DNA from: Scyliorhinus canicula
Taxonomy: Eukaryota
NCBI RefSeq assembly: GCF_902713615.1
Contig: NC_052166.1
Coordinates: 45,609,870 to 45,673,869, forward strand
Length of the DNA: 64,000 nucleotides
Direction: 5' to 3'
The notes beneath the pieces were generated by a model that was not told the origin of the DNA, searched no databases, and saw only the letters and a list, made by a program, of their open reading frames with translations. Below, in pieces: positions 11,780 to 24,595 of this stretch. Every line of letters starts with the position of its first letter. The stretch's first letter is position 1. The position numbers and the translations under genes were made by a program.

Positions 11780-12400
11780 TGGCAATGTTTGAGGCTATAT
11801 CACCGAGTGAGAGGCTGTAATTTCTGATTGCTGATAAGGCCAGTCTGATAGTGTGTGGAGCTGTATTGTGGTAGACACTAGTGGAGGGTCCATAAATGTA
11901 TTTCTCACCAAGCATGTCAAGGAGTGGGAGTGTGTTGGACTGCTCCATCTCAAAAGTGAATTTGAGCACAGGATGGAGTATATTGAGGTGTGTAAGGAAA
12001 TCCTTACATGTGGCTGCAGAATCAAAGATCACAAATGAATCACATATGTATGTAAAATATGCAAAGGGTAGGAAGTTAGGGCCCAGCTGGATTCTCCGCC
12101 CCGCCGCGCCACATTTCTTCCCCGACCTGCCGGCGGGATTCTCCATTACGCCAGCTTGTCAATGGGGTTTCCCATTGTGGGGCAGCCCCACGCCATCAGG
12201 AAACCCCCGAGTGCCGGCAAAACGGAGAATCCCGCTGTCGGAGAATCCCGTCGAACCAACCAAAATGTTAGCAAGTGGATAGGGGATCCCATAGCTACAC
12301 CGCCTATTTGGACATAGATGGTGTCATTAAGACTGAATTTGACTGTGCGAGTTGCTAAGTTCAATGAATACAGATTCAGAAAATGGTATCTATATTGCTG
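11780..12400 (-). pseudogene. Degenerate Penelope-like reverse transcriptase fragment, split by a short MITE (~12085-12250)
   Basis: YVQIGGVAMGSP (ORF 12146-12364) and YFTYICDSFVIF...LNILHPVLKFTFEMEQSNTLPLLD (ORF 11751-12146) match Penelope RT motif order. Confidence 0.75.
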
Positions 12401-12489
12401 TGATGTGATATGTTGCTGCTTCCTTCAGCAACATTTTCGTAAAAAACTTGCAATCTGGAATGAGCACAGAGTCAAGAAATTGCTATCAA

Positions 12490-12707
12490 AATAGGAAATG
12501 GTGGAAAAACTCACCAAGTCTGGCAACATCTATGGTGAGAGAAGCAGTTAACCTTTCAAATCACTGTGACTCTCCTTCAGAACTGACGTCGACCCTGGAT
12601 TTCACCTCTGAAGAAGAGTCACACGGACTCGAAACGTTAATGTTTCTCTCTCCACAGGTGATGTCAAATCTGCTGAGTTTTTCCAGGAATTCCGCTTTTT
12701 AATTTCA
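12490..12707. mobile_element. Short Penelope-derived inverted repeat with two degenerate hammerhead motifs
   Basis: ~12497-12585 is an imperfect reverse complement of ~12605-12690. Core CTGAAGA-A-GAGTC(acacg)GACTC-GAAA-CG-TT at 12608-12638. Confidence 0.65.
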
Positions 12708-12708
12708 G

Positions 12709-12868
12709 GGGCTGGATTCTCTGTCGGCGGGGTCTTCCGTTTCGCCGACAGTACACTCATGCGCCCGGATTTCCTGACTGCGTGGGAGTGCCCAAAATGG
12801 GGAACCCCATATACCAGCTTCCAGGGTGGAGAATCCCACTGCCGGCGGTGGGACAGAGAATCCTGCCC
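12709..12868. mobile_element. Short Harbinger-like MITE
   Basis: GGGCTGGATTCTCTGTC...GACAGAGAATCCTGCCC termini. Confidence 0.75.
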
Positions 12869-13951
12869 ACCGATTCCCAGCATCCAAGGTATTTTTCTAT
12901 GATATATTTTTACTATCAAAATGGTGGTTGCATGTAGTTTTTGCAAAGCTGAAGAAGTCCATTTTGTATGTATAGCTAAATAGCATTAGATGTAGAAATA
13001 TGGGAAATTGTTGAATTTCAAGCTCGGTGTTTTGTGCTGTTTCACAAGGTTTGATATCTAGAGTGAATCTCTCTATATTAGCTGAAGGGGTGGGGGAAGA
13101 GGAAAAGGGGCAAGGAATCCAAATAAAAAAACATTTAGATTTGGTAGATTCAACAGTACCTATTGTGAGGCAATGGCCTGAATAAGTGTTCAGCCTACCT
13201 AGCCCTCTGGAATGTGATGGAAGTTTATAAACAGTAAAAACATTCAAAAAAACCATGTGTGATTGTTGGAGAATATTCTGACAGACTCAGTATTCGCTAA
13301 ATTCATGGGAGAAGATCATGGGAACAAATTAAGTTTAATGTACCATTTTCCTTTCTAAATTCTAAAGCATTTAGTAATTTGATTTTAAAAATCCAACCAG
13401 AGGTTTGATTTTGCACTTTGTGCTTTTGTATTGCATGTTTTCCTACATACGTTTGGTGGTTTGATTAAACACACTTGGGTCTGGTCTGCAGAGGTGTTGG
13501 GATTTGATTGGCATACAACTAGCATAGCAATTTGCAATAAAGGTCTTGGGATATAAAACAGCAAGTTATTGCCAAAGGGTATAACAGATTTTGTTTTCTC
13601 CAGAGTTCCATCATGGAAGCAGATGTCCAATAACTTTTCTTTTACCTCTGTGTAATCTTTTCGTCTGTTTTATATTCTCTCAGGTATGTGATTGGCTCTT
13701 ATGCAGATGTGCGGGTAGCTATTCTCAAAGACTGGCTCATTCAAAAACCAATCTCTTGTTGCAATGGCTCCATCTACTGTGTATTTTTAAAATTTGAATG
13801 CAAATAGCAACTACAGTACCAGACATGAGTAAGAACTCCGTATTTTACCCTATCTTTGAATTAGTTGTGGATACAAACGTGTTCATGCTTGCCTGACTGA
13901 GAATTGATTTTTATTCAGAATACTGGTGCTGACGTTATATTCAGGAATATG

Positions 13952-14677
13952 GGGCGGGATTCTCTGATCCTGAGGTTAAGTGTTGACGCCGTCGGAAACG
14001 CCGTTGCTTTTCTCGACGGCGTCAATGGCCCCAGGATCAGCAATTCTGGCCCCTACAGGGGGCTAGCACGGCGCTGGAGCAGTTCACACTGCTCCAGCTG
14101 CTGATCCGGCCATGGAAATGGCGCCAGGGGATGCACGCATGCGCAGTGGGTCCAGCGCGAACCCGCGCATGCGCAGTCCCACCGGTGCATTTCGATGCAT
14201 GCGCGGCGTCTCCCTTGCCCGCGCCGGCCTCGACCCAACACGGCGCAGGAGTACAGGCGCTGGCGCGGATGAAAGGAGGCCGGGAGACAGAGAGGCCGGC
14301 CCGCCGATCGGTAGGTCCTGATCGCGAGCTAGGCCACATCGGAGGCCCCTCCCCCATGGTCAGACCCCCCCCTCTCCCTGACCACAGCCGTCACCCGACC
14401 CTTCAATGCTGCGTTCCCGCCGGCTGAGAGCAGGTTAGAACAGTGCCGGCGGGACTCGGCGTTTCCACGACGGCCGCTCGGCTCATCCCGGGCCAAGAAT
14501 CAGCGAGCCGGCCGCATAAAGCGGCCCGTGACTGGCACCGTGCCAACCACACCGGTGCCAATGGCACCAATTCTCCACGCTGCGGAGAATCGCGTGCCAG
14601 CATCAGGGCGGCGTGGCGCAATTTACGCTAGTCGCCGGGATTCTCTGGCCCGGCCCCAGGCTGAGAGAATCCCACCC
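13952..14677. mobile_element. Full-length GC-rich Harbinger-like MITE, TSD ATG
   Basis: GGGCGGGATTCTCT...AGAGAATCCCACCC termini. ATG at 13949-13951 and 14678-14680. Confidence 0.88.
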
Positions 14678-15167
14678 ATGATTTCTTCCAATCTGAACCG
14701 CTCCTCAATCTTTTAGCTAAGAACAAGCATAGGATCAAGCTCAAGATCAGGTGTGATGCCTGTTCTTGTCAAATTGGATCCAGTGTGTCAGTATGTCTCT
14801 TTTATGGGGACCATGAATTGGATTCAATTTGAATTTGAATTGTTGTTTGGAGCAAACAAGGAGGTAGATTAAGGGCTTGCCCCGTCCACTCTGTGCATTG
14901 GCTTCGTAACTCTGAGAAAGGAATAAAAACAAATTTTAAAAATCTGTATGATAGTGTCCTAATCTGTGAAATGGGTTATAATATATTTTGTGCTGCAAGA
15001 TTGCTCCTGTGAGAGAAAGCGGGATCTGTACCAGTAATTAGGACATTGATGACGTCTCATAGTTTCTGAAGTTTTCTTTTACTCTGCCATGAAAGGCAAC
15101 TTTAATGTCACCAAAGACAATGCAAGCAAAATGTCCTTCCTTGCACTTTCATTTTATAATTATATGA

Positions 15168-15312
15168 CGGTCTTTGTGGTTAGCACTGCTGCCTCACAAG
15201 GACCTGAGTTTGATTCCAACCTCGGGAGACTGTGTGAAGTTTGCACATTCTCCCCGTATCTACGTTGTTTCCTCTGGGTGCTCCGGTTTCCTCCACAGTC
15301 CAAAGATGTGCA
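15168..15312 (+). mobile_element. Partial V-SINE
   Basis: TGGTTAGCACTGCTGCCTCAC...GGGTGCTCCGGTTTCCTCC core. Confidence 0.75.
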
Positions 15313-15989
15313 CGGATTAAACCTTATCCCCGGTAGGGAATTTTGCAAACCAGCCTTGTCAGCCTTCATGACAGCGAAGATCTAGTTGGCTTATTCACCT
15401 GTTTAATGAAAAACTTCCAAATCAATGCTTTATATACTACAATATAATGAATATTTTGCACATATCCCACCATGTCTGTATTAAAACCCTATTCAATTAA
15501 ATTGAGATTCCTTCGGCCAAAGATTCAAAATGATTTTCAACTGTTTCAGATCATTAATATGAAACTTAAATCTACCAAAATTGTAATCGAATCTGGAATT
15601 TGTATTTCAGTGAATATTGAGGGTTAATCCTAGCGCCAATACAAGTAGATGGTGCTACTGTGCAAATGTAGGAACAATTTCTGTAATTGTATGATTTTCC
15701 ACAACCCTCTAGGTTCTGGAGCCAATTTGTGAAAAGTGACTCAATTAATGAATTCTGAGCACTCCCTGACAGACCCGAGTTTGTTTCATGGGCATAATGG
15801 GAAATGTTCCTTATTCTGTGCATAATCACATCAATATTTATCGCATGAAAGCTTATCACAGTAATCTTGCGAAGAGATTTCCCAGTGGAGGATTCAGGAG
15901 TGTTGGCTGGTAGTACAAGGGAACTATAATTAAAATTTAAATGGGTTTGGCGCCACCATTATTGAGAAATGATCACCAATAGAATTATC

Positions 15990-16615
15990 ATAGTATCATA
16001 GAATTCATACATTGCAGAAGGAGGTCATTCAGCCCATCGAATCTGCACCGATCATCTCCCCCACCCTAACCTTGGAACCTCTAACCCAATAACCCCACCT
16101 AGACTGCACAACACTGGACACTAAGGGGCTAAATTGCATGGCCAATCCATGTAACCTGCACATCTTTGGACTGTGAGGTCCTTGTGAGGCAGCAGTGCTA
16201 ACCACAATGACCTTCATATAATTATAAAATGAAAGTCTAATTGCTAATCATCTCACAATCTAGTGTTAAACTGTCCTCTCACCCTAAGTAGATCATATAA
16301 TTTATAGTGCAAAAGGAGGCCATTCAGCTCTTGAGTCTGCATTAGCCCCTGGAAAGAGTACCCTACTTAAGCCATCCACCCCATCCCTGTAACCCAGCAA
16401 CCCCAGCCAACGTTTTGGACACTCAGGGGTAATTTAGCATAGCCAATCCACCTAGCCTGAACATCTTTGGACTGTGGGAGGAAACCAGAGCACCCGGAGG
16501 AAACCCACGCAGACATGGGAGAACGTGCGAACTCCACACAGACAGTGACCTGAGGCTGGAATTGAACCCGGGATCCTGGAGCTGTGAGGCAGCAGTGCTA
16601 ACCACTGTGCCGCCC
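15990..16615 (-). mobile_element. Two adjacent V-SINE copies (~15990-16210 internally deleted; ~16290-16615) with CR1-type tails
   Basis: tRNA head, V core and GAATGGCCTCCT-type tail on the minus strand. Confidence 0.8.
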
Positions 16616-19087
16616 AAAATATTGGTACATGCTTTCAGTTATGTCTTACGTGAAATCTTATAAAACTAAAATTTTATATTTTTGCTGTGGTGAACTACCC
16701 AAGGCCGGGTCATTTGTTCTTTTCCCTATGCCTCGCAGTCCAGCCCTTTCTTTTTCTGTTTCCTGTAAAATCATCCAATTTTCAACTTCAACGAGAAATT
16801 AGCAAAATGACTATGAAAACAGAACATGTGAGTTGGTTTCCCGTTGCCCTCCTCGTGTGTACTTATAGGGAACACAAGTTATCTTCCCAAAGGATCCCTC
16901 CCTCAACGTTCCCGTTCTTCTGCCATCACCACTGAAAATCTGCTTGTTCTGCTGTTGTCTATGGCTCTTAACACTGAGAATGGGGCACTCACCTGGAACT
17001 GGGACAATTTGGCAAAGGGCAAGGACAACCAACCACTGAGGTCTCAAATGACCCTGATATCCTGATTTCATACCATAGGTATAATTCACACTTCAGTACT
17101 TGATATATTTTCAGTATCTTGTGCATTAACATAGTGTGCTGGTGATCTTACCACCTTGACTGCCATATTGATAAATGCCATAACCATTTAACGGTCATTT
17201 TCAGCTACTTTTGCAGAACGTGGAAGAGGTGTAAGTTTCATTCTTTTGATCAGAACCGAATAAATTAAATAAAATTTGTTCACCAAGAGGCCATGGAACA
17301 CGTTTCCCAATAAGGCTCCTGATAAGTAAAAGCACTCACAACGACCATTGGTCAGGGAACCACCAACCACAAAAGCCTCCAATCTTCAGTTCATTTAAAT
17401 AGATGGAAAAAAATCTCTGTCTCTGGTCCTGCGATTTCCCAACTGGCACTCCATGCAAGTGACATTTCTTGCTGGGAGCGCTGACTGGGAAATCAACCTT
17501 TGTAGGATCATGGAAAAATAGAACATGATTAAGTATTGACTTTGGATGGTTGGACTGAAGCAACCACAATAATTAAAGCTATGCTATTTGCATCAGTAAA
17601 AATAATTAAAAGCAAGAGGGGAAGTTTTACTTAATTGTTTTATTTTCACGCTCCAATTGATTCCAATTGTCCTTCTTTGTGAAATTACACAAAGGATATT
17701 TGGGTGTTAAGAATCAAGGTGTACAGTGACAAATCATTTCAACCTGGTGGCTTTAGCAGAAAGTGAAAACGGTACTTTTATGCAGTCTACAGTGGTTTAA
17801 CAGCTTGTCTTTCAACAATAACCTGAATTTATATAGCACCTTTGGAAAATAACGAGCTTTAAAGTTTCCATTTCTCTGTAGGTTAGCATGCACCAGAATT
17901 TGGATCAGTGATGCTTTTGAAACTGAAACTCTTGTTTCAGTGGAAGCTTTTCTTCAAAAGGAATTTTCCAATACAGCAACGAAAATTTAATATGGAAATC
18001 AATAATAAGCCGATGTCTCCTCAACATACAGTTCTGTGAATCATATAATTAACAATGTATATCTGCATGGAGAAATAATCACATGAAAAAAGCATTTTGG
18101 GCAAACCAGTGTAATCCTTCAGAAGAGTAGTCCTTGTGCCCATTTTGTCCTCAGTCACTTCAATCCCCTTTCCTTCAATGTTCCTTTTTTAATGTTGAGA
18201 AGGTCTCTGCTTCAATCACCAAATCCTCCACATCCTTGAGTAAAATAGAGATATCATTACAATGAAATTCAGCAGTCTTGATGATGTGTTATACCTGAAC
18301 TGTTTGTATACTGACTGTACCATTCAGTGTTTCAGCATTTTTGTGCTTGTTTCTGATACCCAGCATTAGTAGTTCATCCCATTCATATGTCAGTGTAAGC
18401 ATGTCAAAACTCTCACTGAAATTAAAAACTTAAACAATGCTCTATCGAGTAGTCAAATTTTTCTTCTATCAGTTTTCTTATTAAGCCACAATGGCCAATT
18501 ATAAAAAATTGCTCTGTTTTTATAGTTTAACGTGTAATTATATATACAAATACCTTTAGATCACTATGAAATAAGTTATGTCACGGGGAAATGATCAACC
18601 ATTAATAGCTCAATTTCTCAATTTGTTTCTAACCTCCTTCAAAAGTTCAGCAATGGCTATGGGGTGATGAAAATTTTAGTATGCTAATCATGTTCTTCCA
18701 AGAAACCCCTTTCATTACACAGCTAATACAAGGACCAATGATATCATCTGGCAATGATATCTAAGTACTATTGTGTTCTGAGTATTAAAACACTTGCACC
18801 ACAAAGTAACATTTAATGCAGCATGTTAAATGGGATGACAGATGCACACATTGTGCTGTGTGATCGCAATTCCTGTGGGCAGGTAGCCATTATAAAAGGA
18901 AGGATTTTAATCTGAAAACTAACAAAGTAATTGGAATTGAGACTCGAGGCTAGACTGTGGAACATCTGTGATCCATTCCTAATGTAATTAATCATTCTAG
19001 TTATTAATATTTTGGCTGCCTGTAATTGGAAAACAACATAACTACTTCCCAATAACTTTGAGGGTAAGTTTTTTTTAAATTCATAAG

Positions 19088-19422
19088 TACAGGCACCACA
19101 GTAACACAAGTGGATAGCACTGTGGTTTCACAGTGCCAGGGAAGCAGGTTCGATTCCCCACTGGATCACTGTCTGTGCGGAGTCTGCATGTTCTCCTCGT
19201 GTCTGCGTGGGTTTCCTCCGGGTGCTCCAGTTTCCTCCCACATTCCAAAGACATGCAGGTTAGGTGGACTGGCCAGGATAAATTGCCCTTAGTGACCAAT
19301 AAGTTTAGGAGGAGTTTTTGGGTTACGGGGATAGGGTGGAAGTGAGGGCTTAAGTGGGTTGGTGCAGATTCGATGGGCCGAATGGCCTCCTTCTGCACTG
19401 CATGTTCTGTGTTCTATGTTCT
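19088..19422 (+). mobile_element. V-SINE (HE1-like), CR1-type tail
   Basis: Head and V core followed by GATGGGCCGAATGGCCTCCTTCTGCACTG...TTCTATGTTCT. Confidence 0.85.
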
Positions 19423-22400
19423 ATTAATCCAGCCTCCAAAAAAATTAAACAAGTGAAGAAGGCACTCAGTAGAGCACATGCACCTGACTGTTAGCTCAAA
19501 TGTTATTACAATTATATAGCTCTTCCTTAGTTTTTTTTCTTGCTTGGTTGGTACTCTGTAATGACAAAGTTGAAAAAGAAAATATTTTTATTAAGAGCTT
19601 TCATCTCACAGAGGCAACATCAGCCCAATCCACATCCAACAACCAGCTCTGAACACTCTGCTCACATTTTGACAGCTGTGACAAATTCCAACACAGCAGC
19701 TAAGAACATCCACAACATTCTAAAACAAACAACAACACTCTAAATCAAATAACCCACAACACTCTTTAAAAAAGTCAAATCACCCAGTCTGGGATTCTTC
19801 GATCCAGATTTTAAGTTCTCCAGCAAGTGGAGAGTTGGGACTGTGTCCCGCTGGTGCTGGGAGTGCTGCCGATGTGGGATTCTCATGGCTTGACTATGCA
19901 CAAAATAGGTATAGTGCCAAACATACTGGTTTCCCTGCAGTTACTAGGGTCAGGCTGCCCGATCCCAGCGTCCAGGGACAGGCCCCTCTTCCTCCGCGCC
20001 ACCCTCACCCCTCACAAAGCAAAGGTTGACCCCTCCTCCCCCTGCTGATAAGTGAAGCACCCTCAACCCCCTCATCAAGGAGGGGCATCCTCAACCCCCC
20101 CCCCCCCCACCCACCATGTGAATAACCGGGTCACCCCTCCCAATACCATGCACTCATGAGAATCACCCTTGCTGAACAAGGGCATTATTCCCACTGATGA
20201 GTTTAAGTTTGAATGGGACAATGTAACTCAGGACAGGTGTGGGCTTATTTCTCTGACTTGGTGCTAGCAGTTTTTTTCTCTCTGTCTGTTTAACCCCATA
20301 ATTGCCCACTACATCTTTGATCCCATTTATGCAATTTCCCAATATCTCCCTCTCTTAACAAGCAGTAAATTGTCCGCATACAGAGACATCCTTTGCTCCC
20401 TACCTCCCCTTTCTATACCCTTCCACCCGGCCGGTGACCTAAGTGCGATGGACAGTGGCTCAATCGCCAAAGTAAACAGTAATGGGGGAAGTGGACACCG
20501 TGCCTTGTACCCCTGTATAACCAAAAGTACCCCGAACACAACTGGGACGCTTGCAGTGGAGGGCCCAGCACAAAAGCCTAACCCACAAAAGGAATTTAGG
20601 CCCAAAGCCAATCTGCGCCAACACCTCAAAAAGGTACCCCCATGCCACCTGGTTCAATGCTCCATGGAGATGATTACCTCTGGATTGACTGCTGACGAGG
20701 GCAACGGCACCACATTCAGAAGCCTCCTAATGTTGGCCGACAACTGCCGGCGCTTAAACAAAACCCTCTTATCATCAGATAATACCCCGGCAGGAACCCC
20801 TCCAAACGGGTTACCAGCTCCTTGGCCAACAGCTTTGCATTGGCATTCAACAGAGAGATGGACCCACATTACATAGGATCCTTGTCCTTTTTCAAATCAA
20901 AGACATCTGCCTGTGTGGTCGGCAACATACCTCGGGATAAAGTATCATTAAACATGTCCAACAGGTGTTGCCCCAACAGTGTCGATAATCTTTTATAAAA
21001 TTCCACAGGGAATCTGTCCAGGCCTGGTGCCTTCCCCGACCACATTGAACAAATACAACTCATAATTTCCTCCAACCTGAGCAATGCCTCCAACTCCTGC
21101 CTCTTTCCCTTTCCACCACCGGGAAGACCAACCTATCCAGAAACTGTACCATAGTCGAGTCCTCCTCCAGGGGCTCAGTCCTGTATAGCCGGTATAGAAT
21201 GGCTCACCGTCTTCCCCGTCAACACAAATTCACACTCCATCTGAACCTCCTTCCTTTCCATTAACAGCTTCGCCATTGGGGCAGCAGAGTATTAACGGTC
21301 CACCTCAAAGATGGGATCCACAAACCTTTGTTTCCCTGCCCTGCCAGACTTATCTCTATGAGCCTTAAACAAATTGATCTCGCCCCTGATGACTGCCTTG
21401 AGTGCTTCCCAGAACGTGGAACATGGATTAAAATCCACATAATTTCCAACAGCAGAAGCTATCCTCACATAAAACCCCTTGTCTGCGAGCAACGCCGTTT
21501 CCAACCTCCATGGGGATCGCTGAGCGTAGCCCGTCTTCAACAACATACCCACATAATCCAGGACGGGATCTTTTACATTTGAGAGTACTCCGCCTCCACA
21601 ATCCTGGGAATGCCTTCCCCACCACAAAGAAATCAATACGGGAGGAAACCCATCCATCACACAATTAAAGTCACCCCCACCCCCCCATAATCAATTGATG
21701 CAAGTCAAGCTCAGGGATGGCCACCAACACCTTCTTAATGAAGTCCATGTCATCCCAATCCGGCACATGTACACTAAGACCACTGGAGCAACCTCCAACA
21801 CCCCATTCATGATCACATATCTCTCCCAGTCCAATATTAGTCACCGAAAAGGTCACCCTGCTATTAATCAACACCACGGCCCCCTTCATTCTCGCATCAA
21901 ATCTCTTATTCCACCCGGTACCAGCCTCCCCGAACAGGCGCCGGAATGTGGCGACTAGGGGCTTTTCAGAGTAACTTCATTTGAAGCCTACCTGTGACAA
22001 TAAGCGATTTACATTTCATTTCATTTTTCACCCTCTCCACAGTCTTGTCTGATCCCGAAACCTCAGATGTATCTCCTGCATGAAAACCACATCCACCTTC
22101 AAACTCTTTAGATGGGAAACAGCTGGGACCTTTCAAACGGCCCATTTAACCCCGTCAATTTCCATGTAACCAACAAGACTGGGGGCCTTACGCCCCTCCC
22201 CCCCTCTACTATGATCAGCCTTATTCCACCCGCAAGGAAGACCACCACTGCCCCAACCTATACCAGCTCCAGACCCATCCAAGATGGCCACTTTCACCTC
22301 CCCCCCCCCCCCCCCCCCCCCACTCACACCAGTACATAAACAAAGAAAGCCTCCTCGTCTGCAATCTACCTCTCTCCCAGCCCCTTCTCCCTTCCTGCCG

Positions 22401-22822
22401 CATCCCCTGGAACACCAAAGAAATAACCCACCCAAATCCAGCAAACCAACCCCCGCATCACAACCAAAGAAAACCAGCTAACCTTGGCTCGTCACCTTAA
22501 CAAACAATGGAAACAATAAACACCCGTCTCCCAGGTAACCAGCTGCAGCTCTCTCCCCTACCTCCCTCCCACTTCGGAAAACATCAAAGTTATATCACCA
22601 TGGATCAGCAAACAGCCCCGCTACCCGAACCCATCTTTAATATCAATCGTTTCAGGAAAGGAAAAACAAATACCCTGCACCCAATCCTTCTGCCCCAAAT
22701 ATTTCCACCAATACAGTAAAAGAAAAAAAAGAACCACAAATCGAGAAAAAAAAGGAAAAGAAACAACAAAACACATCAAAAAGCCAACATTCCGGTGCAA
22801 CCAACAACTTCATTCAGTTCAA

Positions 22823-23042
22823 GGGGTGGCGCGGTGGTTAGCACTGCTGACTCATGGTCCGAGGTCCCAGGTTCGATCCCGGCCCTGGGTCACTGTCCGT
22901 GTGGAGTTTGCACATTCTCCCCCTGTCTGTGTGGGTCTCACCACCACAACCCAAAGATATGCAGGTTAGATGGATTGGTCATGCTAAATTGTCCCTTAAT
23001 TGGAAAAAAAAATAACTGGCTACACTAAATTGATTTTTTAAA
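22823..23042 (+). mobile_element. Short V-SINE variant, A-rich tail (type C)
   Basis: tRNA head, V core, ...AATTGGAAAAAAAA...TTTTTTAAAAA. Degenerate 15-bp TSD at 22806-22820 / 23043-23057. Confidence 0.8.
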
Positions 23043-23950
23043 AACTTTGTTCAATTCTCCCCCAGTCCATGCTTCTTTACAAAGTCATTGCCTCCTCTAG
23101 CGTGTCAAAATAGTGATCATTGTCTCTGAACATGACTGGAAGTTGAGCTGGGTACACCACTCCAAAACGCGCCTTGCTCCTGTAAAGAGCCACCTTGACC
23201 TTGTTAAACCTTGCACGCCCTTTTGCCAGTTCTGCCCCGACATCCTGATAAATTCTGACATGATGGCCCTCCCAACTACATTCTCGAGTGTCCCTCACCC
23301 ACCTCAGGATCCTCTCCTTATCCAAATAGCTGTGAAGTCGAACTATAATTGCCTATGGTAGCTCCCCAGACCTGGGCTTCTTTCTCAATGATTGAATGGC
23401 CCAGTCCACTTCGGGAGGACCACCCCCACAAGCTTCCCAAAGATCTTTGTCCCATTTTCCGTGGCACTCGTACCTTTTATGCCCTCCGGCAGCCCAACGA
23501 TCCTCACATTTTGGCATCTGGAACAATTCTACAGGTAATTGGCCTTGACCGCCAATATCTCTGCCTCTACATAGAACATACAGTGCAGAAGGAGGCCATT
23601 CGGCCCACTTAAGCCTTCACTTCCACCCTATCCCCGTAACCCAATAACCCCATAACCCCTCCTCACCTTTTTTTGGGCACTAACGGCAATTTATCATGGC
23701 CAATCCACCTTAATCTGCATGTCTTTGGACTGTGGGAAGAAACCGGGGCACCTGATGGAAATCCACGCTCTGCCAACATCGCCACCTCTGCCTCCAAAGA
23801 AACAATCCGATCAATATGCTATTTGACCGTCTCCTCCACATTCCGAATCTTCGAGCCCTGTACCTTCAGCCATTGTTCCACTTCGTCCGAAGTTACATGA
23901 ATGGGTGCCACCACCCCCTTGATCACCTTCGGCAGGTCATCAAAGATCAT

Positions 23951-24595
23951 GGGCGGGATTCTCCCCTACCCGGCGGGGCGGGGGGTCCCGGCGTAGGGGA
24001 GTGGCGCCAACCACTCCGGCGTCGGGCCTCCCCAAAGGTGCGGAATTCTCTGCACCTTTGGGGGCTAGGCCAGCACTGAAGCGGTTGGCACCACGCCGAC
24101 TGGCGCCAAAACCGGCACCAGCGGCCTTTGACATCCGGCGCCGGGGCTGGCCGAAAGGCCTTCACCGGTTCGCGCATGCGCGCTGGGGGATTCTCTTCCG
24201 CCTCCGCCATGGTGGAGGCAGTGGCGGCGGCGGAAGAAAAAGAGTGCCCCCATGGAACTGGCCCGCCCGCCGATCGGTGGGCCCCGATCGCGGACCTGGT
24301 CACCGTGGGGGCGGCCCCCCCCCCGGGGTCCGATCGCCCCGCGCCCCCCCAGGACCCCAGGGGCTCGAGCCGCCAATCCCGCTGCCACCAGAGGTGGTTC
24401 AAACCACGGCGGCAGGAGAGGCCGCCCAGTGGCGGGACTTTGGCCCATCGCGGGCCGGAGAATCGCCGCAGGGGGCTCGCCGATCCCACCCCCGCCAATT
24501 CCCGGGTGGCGGAGAATTTCTGCCACAGCGGGGGCGGGATTTTCAGCGGTCCCGGGCAATTCTCCGACCCTGCGTGGGGTCGGAGAATTTTGCCC
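23951..24595. mobile_element. Full-length GC-rich Harbinger-like MITE, TSD CAT, inserted in L1 ORF1
   Basis: GGGCGGGATTCTCC...GGAGAATTTTGCCC termini. CAT on both sides. Confidence 0.88.
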
